Assembly: GCF_006345805.1 (NCBI RefSeq)
Contig: NC_042997.1
Span: 52,638,001-52,702,000 of the forward strand
From: Octopus sinensis
Taxonomy: Eukaryota
Direction of reading: 5' to 3'
DNA: 64,000 nucleotides
The notes below the pieces were generated by a model that saw only the letters and a list, made by a program, of their open reading frames with translations, was not told where the DNA came from and did not search any database. How positions within the stretch are numbered: position 1 is the stretch's first letter; each line of letters starts with the position of its first letter. Shown here piece by piece: positions 1-13,206 of the stretch. Made by a program: the position numbers and the translations under genes.

Positions 1-3000
1 AAAGAATGTTTATGTCGATAAGGTAACATGTTCAATGTCAGAACGGAAATGAGTAGAATGGTGGTTTACGGCAAGAAGACCGAGATAAGGGAGAGAAACG
101 AGATAAGCGTGGGAAGGTGTAATGATGTATGATTGAGTAGGTTATGTGTGTATTTGCGTGCGCATGCGTGTGTGGACATGTAAAAATGAGAAGTCAAGAA
201 TGCAAGTAGGTTGTGTGCGTGTGTGAATGAGTGTGTGTGTGTATGCGTGTATTTGTGTACTTGTGTGTGTGTGTGTGGGGAATGTGAATATTACGTCGTG
301 GTGGTGTGAAGAGAGCTTAAACGAGTGTGAAAGAAAGTAGCTTGTGTGTGTGTGTGTATGTGTGTGTGTGCTGAGCAATAGATGCAGATTTTCTATGCTA
401 CCATGTCGGTTATATGAACAATAGTGTGGGTGTGTAATACATTGGTAATGCAATGTATGAGCGTGTATGTGGTGACAGGTGTGGTGAATGCATGTGAGGT
501 TGTTTACATATGTGGAGGCATCTTTTGAGACGGTAGTTTTTTTTTTAAGAAAGCAATTCGATTAATAATCCTAGTTTGGTTAGCTGTGTTTAACCGGAAA
601 AGTAATTGTTGTTTGGCGAGATTTTGTAAGTTATAAATATACTTTATTTAAACTATTTAAAGAATCAAAGCAAGTAGAGGAATTTTAGTATTGGTTGGTG
701 CCGAACTAGTGACATGCGAATATGATTTCGTACTTCTTTTATCGTGTTTCTTTTATTTATATCCTTTTATCTTAGTTTCTTTTAGTCAAGAAATACTTGT
801 AAGCTAGCTTTGATGTCGACTGACGAAAGTGTGTGATACCATGTAGTATAAGTCCTCTTAAGCTACTGAAAGTTATTTCGTGGTATGCATAGTTACCATT
901 TCTAATTTACATAATTCAAAATATTTCTACTCTTTCATCGTTTGGTCAGAGATCAGCCTTGCAGTTCTGGTGAAAATATATTCTTATTCAGTGTACTTCA
1001 AAGATTATTTTTCTCCTCAAACTTCGTAGTAATCGCTACATATTTTATATATTAATATCTATTTTTGGTGTTTTTTGATGATTTTTCAATGACAGAGGCC
1101 ACACTAGCAGTCTTCTGTATTAATTTTATAGATGTGCAGAAATGTAAAAGGAAAATATAAGTCTCATTAGTTGATAGACCCATATGTCAACACATTTGAT
1201 CCACACGACGCCATATGTATGTAAATCTTTATGTGTATCTAACTGGTTGGATGAATCTACGGATGTATGGCTGAATGAGTGAAATGGATAGATATGTATA
1301 TGAGGGACAGAAAAACAGATGGATGAGTTATCAAATGCTTCTGTTCAGAAAGGTGAAACGCTGTTAATTTAGGCTCTCAAAGTATTTATTGTGAAAGACA
1401 AGTTATGCCACACTTCAGTGAACATACAAATTATAAGAATAGTCACGCATATAAAAACACCATTTACATAGACATATCGTTAGAACGGGAGACGCTTTAA
1501 AAGAGAGTGGAAATTATATCGTCATGTAGAGCAAGACAATTTGATTAATTTTTCTGAATGTCATGTATAATTTTGTGTCTTGTATTTAACGGAGGGAAAA
1601 ATATTCTGTTACTTATTTCTTAATTCGTGTTTTGTTGCTCCACCTGCTATAATTCCCCACAAATTGGAATATTTGGGATGTTTTCTCTTAAGTGATATAA
1701 CAAACCTTACAATCATCGTAAGACTGAAGACAACTCTGAAATAGCTGATTGTACTGAGGCGAAGCGCATTGTAGTTTTGCTATTATGAAAGTATTTTTTC
1801 CCCATTCCAATCCTCAGTAGAATAAATCAGTTATACTACTCAGTAGTGCTTGAAAACTAATAACTTTTTATATTGACATTGCTCGTTGTTATTTGTTTGA
1901 GAGTAAGGGACATTGCCCAAATATTTTCTAGCACGCCAAGACTGTTGAGGCCAAGTTTTAAAAGTTGATGCCTTTAGAAAAAAACCTAGGTATGGCGGGG
2001 TTTCCAAAGCGCTTTGTTTCTTCATTAAAAAAAAGGGTTTTTTCAAAGTAATTTAACACCTGCTTTAGAGAAGGAATGATCAGATAGCTTTTTCATTGAA
2101 TGTCGGCATGTGCAGAGAGGGAACACTTTCGAGGGTCTCACTTGCATCATTTGAAAACCTGCAACTATTCAACTATTCAATGCTGAAGTATTTCCTTTAT
2201 CTAAAAAGGGCGCCTAATCTTCGAAATGAACACTTTCAACTGTATTATAAGCGTGTGGTTGCTAAGTAAAATAATCAGAGATTAGAAAAATTTGAGGAAC
2301 GTTTCTTTTAAACCGTTTTCTTTCTTTTTTTTGCTTGGTTTTGCCTTGCTTGAGGTTAAATCTGATCGAACAAATTTACAATCATACATTCCAGTTGCGA
2401 CAACTTCGTTTTTTACGAATGTCTAGGATTGCATTATTTAATGCAATCCTAGTATTAAAACCTAGTATTAAATAATACTTTTCTAAGACGGGATAAAATC
2501 TAATTTGAGGGAAATTTGCCTGCTATTTCTATCATATCAAGCGATCAGCTCGATGCTCCTTCGCTGGATGGAGGGGGTAAGATTTCTTGATATCCGTAGT
2601 GAAAGAACCAAACTTTCATATCGATCGAAGGATGCTTTCTGTATCACAGTACAAAGAAATAATATGATTACCTGATCCGATCCAAATGTTGCGTCGTGTA
2701 TTATGGAATACGTTCGTTTGCAAAAGATTATCGCGAAGTGAAGCGTTGTATCATTATGCAGAGGATTATGTTTGGTTACAAGTACAGTAATAAGGCCTTT
2801 AATGTAAAAAAAAAAGAAGAGTGTAAACACACCAAAGTTGAAATAATTAGATAAGAGAGAATACCACGGACACACGCTGTGATAAAGTAGCATAACTGGA
2901 AATTCTCTATCAAAAGAAATATGAAATTTGCTCGCCTATGGGGAAACCATAGGCGAGCAACTTTACTTGGACGTTGTCGTCTCAAACTAGTCAAATAGTG

Positions 3001-4177
3001 TTACAGTTGTTGATATCAGTCAAGTGCAACATTATTATATTTGTTGAGTTCTCAAGTTTGAAAGATCACTGGTGCATGTCGAAGGAATGCAAAGTTCGAG
3101 TAAATCCGAACCTAGAGAAACGGTGCTGGTGGTCCTCGAGAAAAGAAAATAGAGTAAAGTGATAAAAGTAGATATCATTTACAACTGTTTCCATCAGCAT
3201 TCAGACTCTGAAAAAAAAAATATTACGAAAATCTGAGTGGTTTACTTTACTTGGAGATGGGACTCACTCATGTATATGTTCCTATAATTAATTTGGGTCA
3301 GATAACGTAGAGAGAGGAAAGTTGAGGAGGATAAAGACCAACCTAGGAATATTTTACTTGTAGCTGATAGTAGAAATGCTTTTAGGGCTAGTCACCTTGT
3401 TGAAATGCCAGAACTTTAGAAAAGGGAGGTATAACTATTTGAGTTAGTTCTAAGATGCCGCAGGCAAAGTAGGCCCAAACAGGTCCGGAACTGACAAGGT
3501 AAAGAGACAGAACTAAATATGACACAACTTGGTTCCAATTTAAATTCAAATTATCTATAAAAATGTATAAATCGACGTGACTGAAATTATTAGCTCCCAA
3601 TTCCAGAGCAAACTGAAAACTACCCTGCAAGAAGTGTAACCTGCAATAGTACATATTCAGACGGAAATAACATGGGTCAGTAGTAGCCATCTGCTGCAGA
3701 GAGAACAGGAAACCTGAAGAATGACCACAACAACACATACGTCTTAGGATTTCGTTTTAATCTCATTGTATATTGGATGTCAGATGACTCAATTCAGGGT
3801 CACCAACTTCCGGTCTCACAGGAACCAGGCTAAAGTAATAGCAGTGGTAGGAGCCAAGTCCACTACCATCCACGAACGAAAACTTTATCGGAGATCTAGA
3901 TGTTGGTTGCTCGGGAGGACCTTTTCTGGGATTTCCGATTAATTTTATTTCGAAGAGTGTGAGAAGAATAGAAAATCGGATGTTACATTATTTTCCATCT
4001 CTTTGAAGTAACCTTGGAGCATTTTTCAAACCGAATTCAGGTCAATTTCTTAACTGAAACTTTAGCCTTTTGTCTGTTGTTTAAAACATATATTTATGAC
4101 TAAATCCGGGATTAAATGTAAAACGCGTTTATATTTGAAGCGGAAATGATTCATACTATACATAATCAAAATTCAGC

Positions 4178-4182
<5 letters not shown>

Positions 4183-4273
<91 letters not shown>

Positions 4274-4300
4274 ATATATATGTATATATATATATACATG
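4183..4300. repeat. (TA)n microsatellite (one of dozens of TA, CA, GA, ATT, TATG and TATC tracts in the window)
   Basis: Direct inspection. Similar tracts at e.g. 6586-6656, 18090-18175, 28270-28380, 39460-39690, 47960-48250, 53360-53660 and 58700-58900. Confidence 0.95.
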
Positions 4301-4588
4301 CACGTGTGTGATTGTGTGCGTGCACGAGCATATGTGTGTGTATGTGAGTAAATTTTTACCAGTGAAAGGTTGACTGTGACATCGAAGTTTCAGCTTGCTT
4401 ACCGTCATCAGACTGATGACGGCGAGCAAGTCGAGACTCCAAAGTCACTATCGACCATTTTCTTGTAAAAATTAACATGTATATACTCTACTAAAAAGTA
4501 TAGAGTAATCCTTCAGTTTACTGTTAAATTGTTTTTATTTATAACTTCACGCCAGAAACACATTATCTGTCTCCCACCACATATATAT

Positions 4589-4626
<38 letters not shown>

Positions 4627-6604
4627 CCCCCTCTCTCTCTCTCTCTCGCACGATACAACTTGTTTTTATGTTTGCTTTTTCAAATAAAAATAATTTTAAC
4701 AAGAGCTCACAGCTACCATGAGGGACATTATCACAACATTGGCTCTTATTAGAATATAAAAAGTACATTTATATGAAATCAATCAATCGAAAGAGGTGAA
4801 AAGTCATGAAATTCATAAATAACATCTGAGTTGGACAGGACTTACACATGATATGTTTCTAAATGAAAGAGGAAATGGTACACTTATTTGAAGAATAATC
4901 TACGAAAACATTCTTTATTGCAATATGATAATTATGTAGCTTTTAGCAATTCTAGTTGCTGGGACTACTGAATAGCAAAATGTTATCCGCTGATGAAAAA
5001 TTTTTTAGACTCCCATCTCGACATCTTACTGTTAAACCACTTCGTTGCAGGCGATTAATTTCACCACATTCTTTCTGAATCACTGTACCGAAGCAATCTA
5101 AACATTTCTAGTCTTCATTAAGATTTCGTTTCCTTTTCTTTGGGTCAAATTCATTCACTAACGACCGTAAATAATATATGATGTATATAACACAATTCTT
5201 GAAAACGGAAATTCAGCTTTTTTTTTTTGCTTTTTTTTGTGAGAATGTTTTCTAACTTGTGAAAATCTAATAACAAAGGTGTCGGGCCCTTGTATGGAAA
5301 TACACAAGTGAAACTATTGTTATTTATAATTTCCATTCCGTTTCTGATTGCCACAAACGAAAGATGCAATAAATATCCATATGCATTAATGAATTATGAC
5401 TGCGGATCATAGTAAGGCCTTAAATTAGGATTTAAGTCAACGTAGGATAATCAAAATTATAAACCAAATGCATTATACAGCAAATAAATTAACAATGAAT
5501 GTGAAAACTTTCAGTGTTACTGTCATGTTAGAAACAAATTTCGAGAGAGAGAGAAAAAAGAAAGAGATAGATACATTGATAGAAAGATAGACAGATAGAT
5601 AGATGGAGAGAGAGAGAGGGGGGAGGGAGGAAGAGAAAAAGAGAGAGAGAGGGAGAGAGGAAAAGAAAAAGAGAGAGAGGACGTGTTTGGCAAACAGAGG
5701 ATAATGTTTTTGTAATTGTGGTTAAAGTCTCATGTTCTCTTGTCAAGTGTTCTCACAATTTGTTTTCTAATCAGCTGTAGTAAAAGCTCAGATTTTAACT
5801 CCAGAGCCGAACATAGTAATCTCTCTTTTCATGTCGGTACCCTCATTAAGTTTTGGACGTTGCTCTCCGCCGAATTCGAGCTATTTCTGCACTCATGTCT
5901 TATTCTCGAACATCTATATCCCGAATTCCCGTCTCTAACACCTTTTCTCCTGTGAGTGCTTTTATTCTGTTTGAACCGATTTCGAGCTTACCTGAACTCC
6001 AACTTTCCTTCAACTAGTGAAACATCTACAGTGATGTCGTTTTCAACTACATCTCCCCGGAACCTTGATATGCTATTGCCCCAGATCCCATAGCTGTCTC
6101 ATTATCTCCAAATCTACACTCATAATCGACGAAAAATCCCAGTTCCATATCACCGATAATTTCAATTGCATTTCTATCATTTTCATGTACAGCAAGTCAA
6201 TGAAGAAGCTTCATTACGATCTCCCGATCTGACAACCGCAGAAAAAAAATCATATTCTAACATGTTCAAAAGCAGGACACATAATGCAATCCCAAATATA
6301 CTATATCGAACAGCTTTGGAAAAGCAGTGACTCAAAAGATGTTCGACTTCGCCTAGATACAACAGATACTAGAATCGAAGTAATTAATGTGTTTGTTGTT
6401 GTTTTGACCTAGTCAGCCTTGATTAAGTAGACCTTGATGAAAAGCATTCAATTCATGACGAAATCACCACTTTAAAGACGTAGTTTAACTAGGAATACAT
6501 AATACAATTTTTGTTCCCTTTTTGGGAGATTTCAGTTTATTTTACTCAGATCGAGCGACCATGCAAAAGGTTCCTCACAAACTCAATTATTATTATTATT
6601 ATTA

Positions 6605-6661
<57 letters not shown>

Positions 6662-6664
6662 ATA

Positions 6665-7079
6665 GGCGCAGGAGTGGCTGTGTGGTAAGTAGCTTGCTAA
6701 CCAGCCACATGGTTCCGGGTTCAGTCCCACTGCGTGGCATCTTGGGCAAGTGTCTTCTGCTATAGCCCCGGGCCGACCAATGCCTTGTGAGTGGATTTGG
6801 TAGACGGAAACTGAAAGAAGCCTGTCGTATATATGTATATATATATGCGTGTGTGTTTGTTTGTGTGTCTGTGTTTGTCTCCCTAGCATTGCTTGACAAC
6901 CGATGCTGGTGTGTTTACGTCCCCGTCACTTAGCGGTTCGGCAAAAGAGACCTATATAACAAGTATTGGGCTTACAAAGAATAAGTCCCGGGGTCGATTT
7001 GCTCGACTAAAGGCGGTGCTCCAGCATGGCCGCAGTCAAATGACTGAAACATGTAAAAGAGTAAAGAGTAAAAAGAGTA
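6665..7079 (+). mobile_element. tRNA-derived SINE, family A, full length
   Basis: Head GGAGTGGCTGTGTGGTAAG...GGTTCAGTCCC (Pol III A/B-box-like), CTTGGGCAAGTGTCTT core, internal (TA/TG) tract, tail GGCGGTGCTCCAGCATGGCCGCAGTCAAATGACTGAAAC plus a GTAAAAGA-type repeat. Sits within an (ATT)n tract. Confidence 0.85.
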
Positions 7080-7097
7080 TCATTATTATTATTATTA

Positions 7098-7137
<40 letters not shown>

Positions 7138-8189
7138 GGAGTAGTAGCTTGGTGGAAACAAAAGTTACGTTTTTCAGTCATCCGCTTCACTCTTCTACGG
7201 TCTCAGTTCAAATTCCACTGCAATTGACATTGTCTTTACTAAGAACATTTATGATCAGTATATCCATCCAACCATATCGGCCCGGAGCTGATCCGCGAAA
7301 TTATTAATATTTATTTAGCAACATATTCTATGATCCACAAAAGTGTTGTAATAACAGCTATAATAACATAGGCACATTAAAGAATATACGAGTTACTGAA
7401 GTATTTTGTGAAAAAAGTCTGAGTAAGTTTGTGCAGCTAATATCCTTTTCTACTCTAGGCGCACGATAAAGGTTCAACATGCGATGTAACGTTCATGAAA
7501 CACACACGGAAATATAATAGTGTGGGCGATTCCGTAAACAAGAGCTAACAATTTCTTTTACAGCATTTTGTATTTAGCTTAAGTTGGCTTCATTTCAATT
7601 CCTAATGGTGGCCATCTCACATCTCTTAATCGCTAATACTCTAGGTACGAATCTAGGACGTCACATAATCTCATTATCCCGTTCTCCATATAAATTTATT
7701 TATGTGAGAAATCAATAATAGAAATTATTCTACTCGTGTGAAGTATTTGAATAGTTTACACGCGATCTCATAATTATTCATTTTGATAATATTATGTTTC
7801 TTTGAGATCTTTATTCTCAAACATTTTGAAGTTTGTTGTTGACATCATTAATGCATCACCCGACTGAACAATTTATTTTATGATATCTCCTATCCACATG
7901 ATAAATATATTGCAAAAGCATTTAGTCTTTACAACGAAAATGATCTAAAACACGTCTGCATTACGAACCAATAGAAAATTTACATATGTAAATGGTTACT
8001 ATGGTGTAACATCTGCAGAAAAAGAAATGTTTAAAGAAACTGAAGAAATGTGCAGATAGAACTTCCAAACTATTGAATTGTTTTTGGTATTTAGACTTAA
8101 GTCAGCCCTTTAAAAACAGGCCTTCAAGCCTATACTCATCTAGTCCTTTTGGGCAATGGGAAATATTTATTGTCCAATATACTTTGTTT

Positions 8190-10274
8190 TTTTTTTCTGT
8201 ACAGTAGTGTGTGATTTGAGTGAGGTTTGGTTGTAATTTTTAGCTGGCTGTGCGATCCCAAGAAGGTTAGTGTAAAGGACAGAGCTGAGAAGAAGAAAAA
8301 GCTGATTGCGACAGAATTGAAAAAGTAAATAATTGATAGACATGGGAGAGGAGTGCGACCGAAGCACGTCGACAATTTGCACCATCCTGAAGAAAAAGGA
8401 CGTGATCAAGTCCATTACAACAGCAAAGGCGTCTCCAGGTTCTCTAAGCAACGTACATCTGTCCACGAAAGTATAGAAAAATTGCTTCTCCTGTGGATCA
8501 ACGAGAAGCAACTAGCAGGGGATACGGTTACGGAGACCATCATCTACGAGAAAGTACAGGCGCTGTATGGGGATCTCCTGAAGCAGAACCCTGGAACATC
8601 GATGGAGGAGACATCAGCAGACGCATTTAAGGCCAGTCGCGACTGGTTTGATAATTTCAAGAAGAGGACTGGTATTCATAGCATCGTCAGGTATGGAGAA
8701 ACAGCTAGTTCTGATGCGAAGGCAGCTAAAGATTTCGTGCGTGAATTCTGTCAGCTCGTCGCAGCCGAAGGGTACATCGCACAACAGGTATTCAACTGTA
8801 ATGAAGCTGGCCTTGTTTTGGAAAAAAAAATGCCTGGAAGAACTTTCATAAGTGCAAAGGAGAAGAAAATGCCAGGCCAGAAGCCTATGAAAGATAGGTT
8901 AACTCTTGTCCTTTCTGCCAATGTGAGTAGTTACTTGAAGATTAAGCCGCCCTTTGCTTACCATTCCGAAAACTCACTAGCGTTCAAGCGGCATAAAATT
9001 CTGAAGGAGAAGCTGTAGGTCATGTTGAGGGCAAACGTTAAAACCTGAGTCACCAGACAATTCATCTCCGAGTGGGTCAGCCTTGTCATCGGACCAGCAG
9101 TGAAAAAGTACTTTTCTCCTCTCCTTGACAATGTTCCTGCTCACTCCTGATATCCTGGATGCATTTAAATTTATAAACGTTCTGTACCTTTCATGCAACA
9201 TCACCCCTCCCTATCTTGCTGCCCATAAACAACAGGTGATTTTTAATTTTAAGAAATTGTACATCAAATGCCTGTTTCGTCGGTGCCTTGAAATTACCGT
9301 AAAAACAAATCCAACCCTTCGTGAGTTTTGGGAGGAGCACTACAACATTGTAAACTACCTGAAAAATCATTGATATGGCCTGGCAGGGTTTAACGAGGAG
9401 AACGCTGAATTCTGCATGGAGGAAACCGTGGCCTCGAGGGATTTGAGTCTGAGATACCTGTAGTCGAAGAGATAGTGTCTTGGCAAGACCATGGACCTCG
9501 AGGTTGATGATGGGGACATTAACGATCTCGTCGAGAAACATTCAGAGGAGCTGACGACAGATGAACTCCTGTAGCTTTACGAGCAGCAGCATTTGGATGC
9601 GTTGGAAGAGATTGGTTTCCCGGAAGCGGACAGTGTAGCGGAGAGTGCTATCTCAACGAATGACATTAAGGCAGTGTTGGCGAAGTGGCAGTATGTTTCT
9701 GGATTTGTAGAAAAATATCCTGAAAAAGTATCTACAGGCCGTGCTGCTGCTTTATTTAATGACACTGCTTTGGTGTATTTTCGTAACTTTTTGAAAGGCA
9801 GGAAAAAACAGTCTTCTCTTGATATTTTTCTAATGAAACGACCTGCAAATGTAAAAAGTCAAGAAAGTGTGCCCAAAAAGCCTAAGTTAAGCGGAGAGAG
9901 CAAATGCCAGAAATTGTTCTTCCTGAAGTCTTAATGGAAGGAGAATCTTCTTCCAAACAATAATCCTCTTCTTCCTCCCCGCCATATCATCTTCCTCGCG
10001 CACAAATCGTCCCTTCTTTAAGGTAATTCAGTTAATAAAACCAGTTTACATACTTCTTTTGCATTCTCTTTTTTATAATTGTCATTTTACTTGTAACTAC
10101 ACCTTTTCTGTTCTAAAACACCTAAAAAATTATTTTTGGGTGGTTTTGTGGTACTGGAACGGATTAATTACATTTTAGTTAATTTCAATGGGGAAAATTG
10201 ATTTGTAAAACGAGCAAATCGTAAAACGAACTCGGTCATGGAACGAATTAAACTCGTACTGCGAGGTATCACTG
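8190..10274 (+). mobile_element. Tigger/pogo-family DNA transposon, 5'-truncated, transposase pseudogene (~8250-9963)
   Basis: Translations show a degenerate PKKVSVKD..EKKKK start, CENP-B-type HTH (KQRTSVHESIEKLLLLWINEKQLAGD...FKASRDWFDNFKKR) and DDE_1 segment (QQVFNCNEAGL..KKMPGRTFI..KPMKDRLTL), broken by stops and frameshifts. Right end CGAGGTATCACTG (10262-10274) is followed by TA. No matching left TIR found. Confidence 0.9.
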
Positions 10275-10957
10275 TACTTCTGTAACCTACATAAAACCTC
10301 CACTCATCCTCATAAGTAAACATATATTAACGCTCACTATGTATAAACGTAAAGAATATCAAATGTAAAATTCCAAGGTATAAACAATATTTAACATCTT
10401 TCTGAAATGTAAACAATTTTTTTCAAATCGATAGTTCTCCCGCTTAAAACATCAAGGACATTTTTAGAAGGTTATAAATTTATTCTTAATATCTTAAATA
10501 TTTTTAAAAGAAAATTTGTAAACAAAATGGAAAGTGTCTGTGTTTACATTTATGCATATTTCATTAGCAAAATATGCTAAGAGATATAGGAAATATATTT
10601 CAGAGCAAACTGGCTCATAATTAATGCATTTAAAAAATTTTCTGTATGGAAAAGTTTGACTTAAAACAAACTCATATTAGGAAGACTAGTTCGTAATTAT
10701 CAAAGCTAAATTATTTTTTATATTATATCTGGATAGGATTAAAGTATCCCAGTTAGTAATATTTCAGTTTGTAATGGTAATATCTATAAAAAAAACTAAT
10801 TCCAGCATATCTCTTTCTATAGTGAAACTTAAAGTTATGTTGACTGCAACAAATATATGTATAGATAAATACATATTTACATATATATGCTGTTGGCTCG
10901 TCCCTCGAATCCGATGATTGATTTCTCCTAGACGAATATTTGAACCATTAGTGCCGG

Positions 10958-13206
10958 TATACCGATTTCAGATTACCTCCCATTCAGATTATCCCCACCC
11001 CATCCCCAGTAACTTGCAATTTCAGATTACCCCTAGGGGTAATTTGAAATCGATTTCAAGTTACCCCCTACGATTTCAGATTACTCCCACCTAAAATCAT
11101 TCCCCAAATGTTTGTTGCTGTGATAGCAAAGAGGGAGATAAAGGGTGGACCCATTAAATGCGCGCGTTGATGTTTATTATGTGTGTGTACGCGTAATGTA
11201 CATTTGCAAATGAAAGAGAAAGTAATGTAAATCAAAGAGAATGTCAGAGCTTTCATTTAGTTGACGTTTTCACTTAGTTACTTAAAACCGAAAAAATTTG
11301 AAAGCAGCTTATCCAGAATGGCTACTTTTAGTACACAAGATAAAGCCGACAACATTGATTTGATATTTGATTATGTTGTTAACAACAAATATGGACCTCA
11401 TATGTCCCAAAACGAAAAGGCAAACCTACGTAGGCTCCCTAAGCATTATGTTGCACGGAGTGATCAACTCTACTATTGTTACAGAACAGAAAATGTAAGA
11501 AATTCTGAAAATGAATACCGAAAAGTCTTGATCATTCGAAATCAGGATGAACAAAAAAGTATTATTTCAAATATTCACATGGGCTGTGGAGATAGTGACT
11601 AGTGCCCCCTGCTTAGGAAGTCATCTTAGTGTCGACAGAACAAGGGCTAAAATTTTAGAGAGGTTTTAATGGGAAAATGTAGGCAAAGACACGAGAGAGT
11701 TCGTTTTGTCGTGTGATCGGTGTCAAAAAGTGAACCCTGTTCACAAAATTAATGTTGCAGAGCTTCATCCTGTTCCTGTGCCAAAGGTAGTGATGATCCA
11801 AATTGGTGTCGATATCACCAATTTGCCGAAAACAGATGATGGTTATTGTTGCATTGTTGTTGCAATGGATTACTTTTCCAGAATGGCCCGAGGCTCGACC
11901 TTTGAAAGACCACACGGTGGAAAGTGTGGGAAAGTTTCTCTTTGAGGATGTTATTTGTCGGCATGGCTGTATAAAAATTCAGATAAATGATCAAGAAGTA
12001 GAATTTGTAAACAGAGTGTCTGCAGAACTACATAAACTGTCAGGAACACAAGCAAATGGCCTCGTAGAACGACAGAATCACGCTATAAAAGATGCCTTTA
12101 TCAAGTCCCTTGAGGACCGTGGCAACTGGGTTGAATGATTACCAGCAGTTCTGGTTGCCTATCGAACAGCCAAACATTTTCCAACGCATTTTATTCCGTT
12201 TCAAATTTTATTCAACAGGCAACCTACACTTCCAGTTAAACTACAGCACAACCCAATTGCCAAAGATCGGGACAGTTTTGGAAATGATCAATCTATGTGC
12301 AGAAAAATTGATGTTATGACAGCTATTCGGGACAGTATGATTTCTCGAGTTGCCTCCAGTATTAGAATAGCTCAGCCCGTTCAAAAAGAACAAAACGATA
12401 GAAAACACGAGCAACTGCAGTTCAGTGTTGGAATAGATGTTCTGCTCAAAAACTTAATTCGAGAGGACAGAAAGTGGGGACATTTTACGGAACACCACAC
12501 AGGTCCTTATACAGTTGCAGAACTTTGTGAAAAAAATACCTATCGACTTTCACGTAACAATAAAGTACTAGAAAAGAAAATGCTACCAACCTCACTCGAT
12601 ATATTGAGCAACTACCAGCAAGTAAAAAACGAAAGAAACAAAAAACGAAAATCAAGATACCCAAGCTCCAAACTATATAAAAAAAAAATCTGCAGTGATG
12701 TTTTAATGTATATAATAAACACATTTCCATACCAATTTAAAGTGTATAAATAAATTTCAGTTTGTATATAAAACACATCGTTCTTCAAATCAATCTCTTG
12801 TCGTTACATTCTGTCAACTCAACTCAGTCTACTATAAACAACATCCATCTGCTACATATCCATAGAAAAAAGTATTCTAATCCAAATCACTTTCTTATTA
12901 ACAAAAAAAAAAAAGTTTTTATTTTTAGAAAATTGCAAACACAGAATCTCTAATATTCGATATGTTTTTTTCAGCGCATCATAAAAGTGTTTTAAAAAAT
13001 CTAATATTTTTGTCTTATCTTCATATTTTAAGATCAGTTTACAATCTTGAATGTAATTCGTGTTTAATGTTATGAAAACATCAGGAGTTGTAAGTCTTAG
13101 AATTTATCATTTTAGCAAAATCATTGAGTGGGTAATGTGAACAGTGCGGGGGATAATTTGGAACCGGGAAGTAGCTTGAAACGAGGGGTAACTTGAAATA
13201 TTTACA
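10958..13206 (+). mobile_element. Ginger1-type DNA transposon (Gypsy-integrase-like transposase), full length but decayed
   Basis: CCGG directly flanks both ends (10954-10957, 13207-13210). The left end starts TATACCGATTTCAGATTACC and the right end read inward is TGTAAATATTTCAAGTTACC. Both termini carry arrays of an ATTTCARRTTAYCCC-like motif in inverted orientation. The interior encodes only an integrase, with no gag, RT or RNase H. Confidence 0.85.
11318..12640 (+). pseudogene. Ginger1 integrase/transposase pseudogene
   Basis: From ATG 11318: YPYY-like N-terminus (FDYVVNNKYG..EKANLRRL.KHY...QLYY), H2C2 zinc finger (IH...SH...CDRCQ), catalytic core (IGVD...IND...GLVERQN) and GPY motif (TGPYTV). 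Pieced together from ORFs 11261-11602, 11706-11945, 11803-12138 and 12295-12753, with in-frame stops (e.g. 11600, 12136), frameshifts and a deletion before TQANG. Confidence 0.88.

Noticed and set aside
3388-3950. Decayed Gypsy integrase C-terminus on the minus strand (DKVFVRGW..)
   Set aside because: The resemblance is limited to a few residues across frameshifts, too weak to call without a profile search.
11261-12753. Gypsy LTR retrotransposon or domesticated GIN1-like host gene
   Set aside because: There are no LTRs, gag, RT or RNase H, and the inverted terminal arrays plus CCGG duplication indicate a DNA transposon. Multiple stops and frameshifts argue against a functional host gene.
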